A DNA stretch of 32,000 bases, taken from NCBI GenBank assembly GCA_965229705.1, contig OZ245922.1:390001-422000 (forward strand). Reading direction: 5' to 3'. This stretch comes from Candidatus Saccharimonadota bacterium. GTDB lineage: Bacteria; Patescibacteriota; Gracilibacteria; BD1-5; UBA6164. Position 1 is the first letter of the stretch; each line of letters opens with the position of its first letter. A model generated the notes under the pieces. It ran no database searches. It worked only from the letters and a program-made list of their open reading frames with translations, and was not told where the DNA came from. The translations under genes and the position numbers were made by a program. Positions 12,769 through 22,448 of this stretch are shown here, piece by piece.

Positions 12769-12839
12769 TTTTTATGTCACATAAATGCTTGTGTGATAAT
12801 TTCAATACAAAAATAAATAATTTCCAGAGGAGGAAACAA

Positions 12840-13100
12840 ATGTTTGCCAACACCTTTACTGATGATGAGAAAACAGAATTAAAACAAATTCTTGGTCCTT
12901 CCCCTTGGGAAGATGGACACTCATCTTGGAAGAAAGGAATTCAGCAAAATTGGGAGATACTCCCGGATGGGAGTATTAACGATTTCAGAGGGAGGCAAGT
13001 ACTTCCTCCTGGGGAAATACCCCCTCAAGAAAATACAATTTCAAGGAGACCCAGCTCTATTGCCTATTTAGCTGATAGTACAGGTCATGTCATTCGGTAA
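12840..13100 (+). CDS. small hypothetical protein (86 aa), Pro/Trp-rich, TGA-free, with a canonical Shine-Dalgarno
   Basis: ATG 12840 is preceded by GGAGG (12829-12833) at 6-nt spacing. TAA is at 13098-13100. Sequence MFANTFTDDEKTELKQILGPSPWEDGHSSWKKGIQQNWEILPDGSINDFRGRQVLPPGEIPPQENTISRRPSSIAYLADSTGHVIR. All 7 Gly codons are GGN. The gene has its own promoter-like and terminator signals. Confidence 0.65.
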   Translation: MFANTFTDDEKTELKQILGPSPWEDGHSSWKKGIQQNWEILPDGSINDFRGRQVLPPGEIPPQENTISRRPSSIAYLADSTGHVIR

Positions 13101-13124
13101 AAAATTTTTCACCGAATGATTCAG

Positions 13125-13160
13125 AGAGAGGAGTGTTAAGTACTCCTCTCTTGTTTTTTT
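13125..13160 (+). terminator. Rho-independent terminator
   Basis: AGAGAGGAGT (13125-13134) pairs with ACTCCTCTCT (13142-13151), followed by TGTTTTTTT. Confidence 0.7.
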
Positions 13161-13187
13161 CAAAAAAATTTCTTCTTGTTCTAAGAT

Positions 13188-13294
13188 TTAAGGAAGCTCT
13201 GAAAAACAAAAATTTTCTAATCCTCTCTGGCTCTATCGAGCTATCTCTCCTTTGGAAAAGGAGAGAAAAAAGGAGTTTCTCAAAGTTTCCTTAA
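13188..13294 (+). repeat. family-B palindromic element, copy B1
   Basis: TTAAGGAAGCTCTGAAAAACAAAAATTTTCTAATCCTCTCTGGCTCTATCGAGCTATCTCTCCTTTGGAAAAGGAGAGAAAAAAGGAGTTTCTCAAAGTTTCCTTAA. The termini match family A. The core matches copy B2. Confidence 0.88.
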
Positions 13295-13333
13295 CAAGTA
13301 AAATATATCTATTCTTACTTCCCCATAACTCTC

Positions 13334-14023
13334 ATGCCTTCAAACAATCCCTACATCAAACTCGTGCAAGAAGATAGAGATATTTTTGATATTCCCCATA
13401 ACGCTACAAAATACCGATGACAATGGAGCACCTCCTACTTTTGCAACACTCATCCTCTCATACTCGAGATAGGTACTGGAATGGGAAATTTCTTTTCTTC
13501 TCAGGTATGAAAACACCCTCAAAAAAACTTCATCGGTATGGAAGTACGCTATAAAAGATGCTACCAAACTGCTGAAAAATCTCGAAAGATGCAAATTCAT
13601 TCCTCTCCATGAGAAAAAAATACCTCAGAAAAAAAGCCAAACTTTTGTATTATTAAAGAATTTGCCCAAAAAATACCAGAAATATTTGCTCCCCAAGAAC
13701 TCTCAGAAACATACATATTTTTTCCAGATCCCTGGGCAAATAAGGCAAGACAAAAAAAACATCGCCTCCTGCAAGCAACTTTTCTCAAAGAACTCCATAC
13801 TCTCACTAAAAAATGATGAAAACTCTTTTATAAAACTGATCACCGAGAATACTTTGAAAGTACTGTTAGTATAATAGAAGAGCAACAACTCTGGCATATA
13901 GTGCAGAAAATATTCTGCTATGAAACATCATCACATTTTAATGTAGAACATATTACCGAATTTGAAGGATTGTATAGAGGAGAACAAACCAGTATTCACT
14001 ATCTTGAACTTGTAAAGATATAA
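13334..14023 (+). CDS. trmB: tRNA (guanine46-N7)-methyltransferase (229 aa)
   Basis: The frame is open from ATG 13334 to TAA 14021-14023 (checked). Motifs seen: LEIGTGMGNF (SAM binding), FFPDPWANKARQKKHRL, and GGKLFYKTDHREYF. Confidence 0.9.
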
Positions 14024-14049
14024 TATTTTTATACAGTTATCCTATAGTT

Positions 14050-14171
14050 TTCTTTCAGAAGCCTCTGAGAAATAGAAAATCTTGTGTAAGATACCGGTCT
14101 CAAGCCCTTGAAATAAGTAACTCAAGACCGGTCTCGAGAAAACAAAAAGGACTTTCTCAGAGCTTGTGAAC
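14050..14171 (-). repeat. family-A palindromic element, copy A3 (inverted orientation)
   Basis: ...CTCTGAGAAATAGAAAATCTTGTGTAAGATACCGGTCTCAAGCCCTTGAAATAAGTAACTCAAGACCGGTCTCGAGAAAACAAAAAGGACTTTCTCAGAGCTT... is the reverse complement of the A2 layout. It is intergenic between trmB and mscS. Confidence 0.9.
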
Positions 14172-14189
14172 TTTTTTAATCACTTTATT

Positions 14190-15035
14190 ATGCTACAAGA
14201 TATTCTCTGAGACCTTGATATACAAAAATACTCTGAAATCATTTCAACAAATATTATTAGCTTTAGTGGAAAACTCCTTGGGGCTATTTTGGTTTTATGG
14301 ATTGGATTTAAGATCGTAGGATTTATTACCCACTCTCTCCAAAAATATTTTGAAAAAGCAGATTTTGATCCGACTGTAGAACAGTTTATCATCAATCTTC
14401 TCAAGTACACGCTCAAGATTCTTGTGTGTTTTACCGCTATTTGACTCATGTGAGTGCAGATGACTAGCTTTGTGGCGCTTATGGCAGCAGCAGGTTTTGC
14501 TATAGGTGGAGCACTCTCTGGAACACTCTCACATTTTGCAAGCGGTATCGTCATACTTGTCTTTCGTCCTTTTAAGGTATGAGACTTCGTAGAGCTTAAT
14601 GGAACAGCAGGAACAGTCAGCGACGTGTCGATATTTAGTACGACTCTCACAATGATAGATACAAAACTAGCTATCATTCCAAACTCAGACGCTATTTCCG
14701 GAACGATGATGAACTATTCTACCGAACCAATACGAAGAATAGATCTCCCTATCGGTATCTCATATAGTGATGATATAGACCTTGCGAGAAAGACTCTTTT
14801 AAAGATTATCAAAAAAGATCCCAGAGTCCTCCAAGACGAATCCCAACAAGTAGTAGTAAAAGAGCTTGGCGATAGCGCGGTAACCCTTGGCCTGAGATTT
14901 TGGACGAAAAACGAAGATTATTGGCAGCTTCGTTTTGATCTCTTAGAGACTATTAAAAAGGAGTTTGATAAGACTCAGGGGAAGTTGAACTTCCCTTTTC
15001 CTCAAAGAGATATTCATCTCTATCAGGAGCAATAA
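14190..15035 (+). CDS. mscS: small-conductance mechanosensitive channel (281 aa)
   Basis: ATG 14190 to TAA 15033-15035, frame checked. The N-terminal TM helices include TGA = Gly codons. The segment [51 protein letters not shown] is the typical MscS TM3/beta-domain junction. Track ORF 14625-15035 is the C-terminal part. Confidence 0.9.
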
Positions 15036-16383
15036 TCTTGAGAAGTTTTTCTCATTTTTGCTCTATTTGTAAAAGTTTTTCATTATATACATCGATATCA
15101 TCGTAGTCTCCCTGCAAAAATGCTTGCTTTTTTTGCGATTCTATAGCATGAAAATCTCGCATCAGTATTTCATAGGCAATTTGTGGGGATGTGTACTCTA
15201 TTTCTTCTTCCTCGTCTTCTTCGTTATCTTCCAACAAAGACTGCTCTGCGTATATTCAAGCTTTATCATCCTCTGAGTGAAAATGTAACTCCTCTCAAAC
15301 AAGTTGTGTTGATGTATCAAGAAGTTTTTCCAGCATTTTTTCGTGCGTATCTCATTCTCATTGATGTTGTTCTAGATATCATAACATTTTTGCAATACTC
15401 ATAACCACTGACTCTCCCTCGAGTATTTTATTTTTTATCTCTTCTGCTTCATGCACTCTTTGTTGTATTTCATTTTCATTATCAAGAATCGTATATATCT
15501 CCTTTGTATCTGGATGTTCCTGTAAGATATCTAAAAGTTCTCAGAGAATATCAAAATAATCTGAAAATGTTTCTCCCTTTTCAAAACGCTCTCGAAACTT
15601 TTCTGCTTCCACACTTCCCAGACGAAGACGCAGGAGTTGTAGAAGAGCAAGTTTCATTGTGCGTCTCAGTCGTTGTTTTGGATGCTCGTATTTTTTGTAT
15701 TTTCCGGGTGTTTTATAGTAAAATTGTGATACAAAAGAGACAAATGCCTCTACATCTTTTCCACTATCAGTTTGAGATTGTATTTCCTCATGGTACTCTG
15801 AATGAAAGAGTTCTATTTTTTCCTCTTTATTTCTCTCTATTGCCAGAGAAATATGAAGATGAAAGAGTTTTCGTAATCTATCTGGAAGTATTTCTCACGC
15901 TTGTATTATATTTCATTTTTTTTCATACTCTTGTTGAAAAAGGAGAAATTCTTCATGTGAAATATCTCCATCTCTTGCAAGTTCTTCTATGAGAACATAC
16001 AAGGGTTCGCGTGATAATTCTCATCTATCTTGTATATATTTCTCTCTGCTATCTTGAAAGTCTTGGTATGAGAAAATAGCCTTTGCTAATTCTTGTTGTT
16101 TCTGAGTTGGTAGAGGGAGAGTATGAAGTGTTTTGAAAACATTTGTGTGAAATATGTCTGACATATGTATTGATTTTTCTGATACCAGCGATTCTCCATA
16201 CTCTAAAATAGAGAGTCAGAGTATCATCCGCTTTGCTCCAAGAACATCACGAGGAAATATCTCTCGAAGTGTCTCTTCGTACTTATCTGTTACCTGTCTT
16301 TCCGCTATTTCATAGCTTTCTTGTGACTGCTCACGAAGACTCTTGAGACGAAGCTCGTAGTTTTCTAAATCTTTGGGAAACAT
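14953..16383 (-). CDS. hypothetical acidic, helix-rich protein (476 aa under code 25)
   Basis: The minus frame from ATG 16383 (an in-frame TAG lies 11 codons upstream, with no other start between) has no TAA/TAG until 14953-14955. All plus-strand tta/cta triplets in the interval were checked for phase. Sequence MFPKDLENYELRLKSLREQ...LEDNEEDEEEEIEYTSPQIAYEIL...LLQIEQK, then TGA at 15052-15054, then 33 more codons overlapping the mscS 3-prime end. The true C-terminus is therefore uncertain. Confidence 0.65.
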
Positions 16384-16412
16384 GTTTGTATAGTTATTGT
16401 GTATTTGCTTAA

Positions 16413-16609
16413 ATTCCTATCTTGAATTCTTTTCTCGCTCCCTTCCTTTTTTGCTAAAAGGAAGGGGTGGGGATGGAATAAGTGTATCAATTCCTATCTT
16501 GAATTCTTTCCTTTGCTCTCAAAGGAAAGAGGCTGCAGGCTTTCTATCAAGTTTTGAGCCCTCCTCCTTTTTTGTTAAAAGGAGGAGATTCAGAGGTGGA
16601 ATAAGTAAG
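16413..16609 (-). repeat. family-C multi-hairpin element, short unit plus long unit, inverted orientation
   Basis: 16489-16609 is the reverse complement of the long unit at 27667-27793 and 28591-28717 (about 95 percent identical by eye). 16413-16488 is the reverse complement of the short unit type. It fills the gap between the 476-aa gene start and the ligA stop. Confidence 0.9.
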
Positions 16610-16624
16610 ATGTCTGTGTATTTC

Positions 16625-18703
<2,079 letters not shown>

Positions 18704-19126
18704 ATGCTATAAAGGAAAATATAAATATCTCACATGTTTTTCACAATACTGATTTTCTCTGTATCTTTGTATCATTTTTTTGCACAAAGTGTGAGTATTT
18801 CTCCCCTTTTGGGAGTGTTTTTGTATCATTTTTTTGGTGTTTTGTGTTGATTCTATCTTTTTTTATAAGAGGTGTTTCTTCCCTATTTATAAGGCTTTTA
18901 AGAAAAAAATAAAAAGTTTTTGAGAAAAAGTTGCTCATATTTTTGAGAAAAATATAAAAGTATAATATAATGGATATGTAAGTTACATCTGTAATTTACA
19001 CGATCTTTAAAAAAGAATTTTACTTCTCGAGTATGGGCCTTGTAAAAATCCAACAAGTCACCCGCCAACCAAAAAGCCTTCCCACTACGCTCTTTGAGCT
19101 ATGAGGGACAAAAATAAAAACAAAAA

Positions 19127-19268
19127 CGTGAGCATCGATACTATTTACGATTAAGGATATTTTCTTTTATCACCCCTTTCTTCCCTACGGGCATCTTTAC
19201 TATTCATTCTAATAGAAAGAAATATAGAAAATATTTTCAATTGTAAATAGTATCAAAAAAAACTCACT
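19127..19268. other. long imperfect inverted repeat/hairpin (about 140 nt) in a gene-free region
   Basis: GTGAG...GATACTATTTAC (19135-19146) pairs perfectly with GTAAATAGTATC (19243-19254)...CTCAC. Inner pairing ATATTTTCT/AGAAAATAT and nested small hairpins are also present. It is a single copy in this window. Confidence 0.6.
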
Positions 19269-19284
19269 TACACAAAAAATAATT

Positions 19285-19314
19285 AAAAAAAAACAGTAGC
19301 TGGAAAATGCTACT
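19285..19314 (-). terminator. candidate minus-strand terminator
   Basis: Hairpin AGTAGC-TGGAAAAT-GCTACT (19295-19314) is preceded on the plus strand by A9 (19285-19293), which is a T9 tail on the minus strand. Confidence 0.45.
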
Positions 19315-19520
19315 CAAATAAAAATAAAAGAGCATGGTGAATCGCTCTTTAATCATTACCGAAGAGAGGTAATTTTCTAGAAGAATCGAAAGCGTTCTTT
19401 AATGAATCGCCGAGAAACTTCATGAAGAGCAAGGATTAGCTTTTCAAAACCGATCTATATTCCCCTGGACAATATAAAATATACAAGTCTTCAAGGAAGA
19501 GAATATAGACATACCCCAAA

Positions 19521-19557
19521 CCCAGTACATTTTACCCAAAATGCTGGGTTTTTTTTG
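19521..19557 (+). terminator. strong Rho-independent terminator ending an unannotated plus-strand transcript
   Basis: CCCAG[TA]CATTTT-ACCC-AAAATGCTGGG (11 bp with a 2-nt bulge) is followed by T8. It lies 78 nt upstream of the nrnA-like ATG, and no CDS ends here. Confidence 0.7.
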
Positions 19558-19634
19558 TTGTTTGAGTTTTAGTGAAATACTCTTCTATTTCTCCATAAAA
19601 TCCATATGATATACTCTGTTACTCTCAAACAACT

Positions 19635-20654
19635 ATGAAACAAGAAATACACAAACTCTGACAACTCATACACACATCTCAAAAAATCCTTCTCATAAAT
19701 CATGCACGAATGGATGGAGATGCCTGGTGATCGCTCTGATGACTCGCACTCATACTCAAAAATATGGAAAAAACTGTTGCCTGTATCAACGATGATCCTG
19801 TACCAGAACATTTTTCCTTTCTCGGACAACAAGAGCTCATAACACCAGAACTCAATGTCGCAGACTTTGCTCCTGATATCATCATATCCCTTGACGCAGC
19901 TGACCTTGCGAGACTTTGAGAAAGCTACAAAAAGTGGGAAAGCATTTTTCAGAAAACTCCTTTCATCGTTATTGATCATCATATATCAAACCACGGGTTT
20001 GGAGATATAAATATTATAGACCCTCAAGCAAGCTCCGTATGCGAACTCCTCGTTGATATCATTACAGAACTCTCTCTTGAAAAGTATATCACTCCTCAGA
20101 TAGCAACATTTCTCTACACTGGCTTGCAAACTGATAGCAATATGTATTTCAATACCAATACCCGATCAAATACCCTGAGAACTGGAGCAAAACTCATAGA
20201 CCTCTGAGCAGATTTTCGTCTTCCTATTATGCACTGTTATAAACAACGTACACAAAATCAAATTCGTTTTTGGCAGTATGCTTTTGAGCATATGAGTTAT
20301 CACTACAGTGGAAAAGTATGCTACTGCAACCTCCCCATCAACTGACTCAGAGAACTCTGAATTGCTCGAGAAGAAATGGGATGATATTTTAAGGGACTTG
20401 TTTGAGAAATACTGATAAACATTCAAGGAGTATCTATTGCCTTTCTCCTCCAACCCCTTTGAGAGGGTCGAATAAAAGTATCTATGAGAAGTCAAGAGTG
20501 ATATGATGTCAATCAGATTTGTGAACAATTTTGATGATGATGACATACACAAGCTGCAGGATTTGAGACAGAAGATACTCCAGAAAATATAGAACAACAA
20601 TTGCTTACTATAATATCTGAAACATACGATTTTTCAGCATGAATCAAAAAGTAA
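19635..20654 (+). CDS. nrnA: DHH/DHHA1 phosphoesterase, NrnA-like (oligoribonuclease/pAp phosphatase family), 339 aa
   Basis: The frame was checked codon by codon from ATG 19635 to TAA 20652-20654. Motifs seen: INHARMDGDAWGSLGG, DAAD, VIDHHISN, and DHHA1 FGGGGHTQAAGF, in which the four Gly are four consecutive TGA codons (20532-20543). Confidence 0.88.
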
Positions 20655-22447
20655 CTCTTATTCTTGATGAGATTATAAATCAAGGACTGACAAAACTTCA
20701 CAAGTTTTCTATCAAAAAAAAATGATCACAAGAATTAGGTTTTTCAAAAGAAGACTTTCATAAAATAAAAAATGATATTTATAAAGGATATAATATTGCA
20801 AAGCCTTTCCCCTCTATACGCATCCTCGAACGATATGATGAACGCGTTGAAAAATGAGAACTAGACGCTGATCCCATTTTTCGCAAAATCTTGAGAAAAC
20901 GCTGAGTCAGAAGCCTCTCTGGAGTCAGCGTCATATCACTACTAACAAAATTTTGGGGTTGTCCAGGAAAATGTGTCTACTGCCCAACATTTGAGGGACT
21001 TCCAAAATCCTATATTCCCCATGAGCCAGCCGTAATGCGCGCTGAGCTCAACAAGTTTGATCCTATCATGCAGATTCATAACAGACTGAGAGCTCTCGAA
21101 GTTACCGGTCATAAAATAGAGAAAAATGATATTCGTATTATTTGATGAACTTGGTCTTTTTACCCTAAAAAATACCAAGAAGAATTTATCAAAGGAATTT
21201 ATGATGCCTGCAATAGTTATGCTGAAATGAAAACTTATATCGAAAAAACTGATTTTGCGCACGATAGGTTTGCAAGTTTTAAGCTAAGAGAATGAACAAA
21301 GATACACCAGTCAAACTCACTACAAGAAGCACTCAAAAAAAATGAGTCTTCTCCTCAGCGAATCATCTGAATGGCAATAGAAACTCGTCCTGACTGGATC
21401 ACGCCTGAAGAACTTCAAAGACTCAGAAGTTATGGAGTCACTCGAGTCGAGATTGGCTACCAAACAACCGATGATAAAATCAATGAGATCAACAAGCGAG
21501 GACACACAAACGCAGAATCTCTCGCTGCAACCAAGATGCTCAAAGATGCGGGATTCAAAGTCGTGGCTCACATGATGCCAAACCTTATGGGATCTACACC
21601 TCAAAAAGATATAGAGTCTATGAAAGAATGTTTTACTAATCCAGATTTTCGTCCTGACGAACTCAAGATTTATCCTATGGTTGTAACTGATAAGGCAGAG
21701 CTCACTGACATCTGGAAGAAGTGATGATTTCAGGCTTATGATGACGGCACACTTATAGATCTCATGTGTGAGTTGGAGTTACTCGTTCCAGAATACTGTC
21801 GCATTAACCGAACCTATAGAGATATTCCTGCAAGTGAGATTCTTCACGGATCAACGCTTTCAAATCTCAGGCAGCTGGTAGAAGACAAGATATACAATCA
21901 GTGAAAAAAACTTGTCGATATACGCAGTCGAGAAATAAAAGACAAAGCCAATGATCCTCAGAATGCTGTTTTGAAAACTATCAAGTATGATGCAAGTGAT
22001 GGGATAGAGTATTTTCTCACCTATGAAGACCCTGAGGATAGAACTATTTTCTCTCTTCTTCGTCTTCGTATTCCCAGTAGTATTGTCTCGCCTGAGAATC
22101 AACAAATATTTGCGATGACCACAAAAGACGCACAATCTCAAGAAGAAAATCGTGATCCTCACAGAGTCCTCTTAAAAAGTATTCCTGACTATTTTCCAGA
22201 ACTCTCATGAGCAGCAATAGTACGAGAGATACATACTTTTTGAGATCAGCTTAGTATTGGAGAAAAATGAGCTCACTTTGGTCAACATATAGGGTTTGGG
22301 AAAAGGCTTATTGCTGAGGCTGAGCGTCTTGCGTGAGAACATCATGGAGTGAAAAAGATAGCTGTTATCGCGGGAGTATGAGTACGAAAATATTATGAAA
22401 AAAGATGATACATACTTGAGTGAACCTACATGACGAAAAAAATATAA
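20639..22447 (+). CDS. elp3: Elp3-like radical-SAM/GNAT enzyme (tRNA wobble-uridine modification family), 602 aa
   Basis: ATG 20639 overlaps the nrnA 3-prime end by 16 nt. The frame is open to TAA 22445-22447 (checked). Radical-SAM cluster motif FWGCPGKCVYCP. The segments IIGGTWSFYPKKYQEEF and RVEIGYQTTDD are present. The C-terminal GNAT region reads IREIHTFGDQL...GQHIGFGKRLIAEAERLA...IAVIAGVGVRKYYEKRGYILEGTYMTK. Confidence 0.88.
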
Positions 22448-22448
22448 A

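Noticed and set aside
18741-18938. 65-aa Lys-rich minus-strand ORF upstream of ligA
   Set aside because: It ends at TGA and under code 25 would read into ligA in a different frame. Its repetitive QKNDTK motif simply reflects the TTTGTATCATTTTTTTG direct repeats. It is most likely non-coding promoter DNA.
19033-19212. 59-aa ORF under code 25 (MGLVKIQQVTRQPKSLPTTLFELGGTKIKTKTGASILFTIKDIFFYHPFLPYGHLYYSF) downstream of the TATAAT at 18961
   Set aside because: It is short, has no family resemblance, and its 3-prime part is the left arm of the long inverted repeat. It cannot be distinguished from a chance ORF in a genome with only two stop codons. It is noted as an alternative explanation inside the spacer finding.
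18704-19634. RNase P RNA, tmRNA or SRP RNA in the long ligA-nrnA spacer
   Set aside because: I looked on both strands for hallmark strings: GGAAAGTCC-type P4, a tRNA-like GGTTCGA...CCA 3-prime end with a GGGG 5-prime end, and a GGAAG...CAGC domain IV motif. None was found. The region is kept as an unassigned structured locus.
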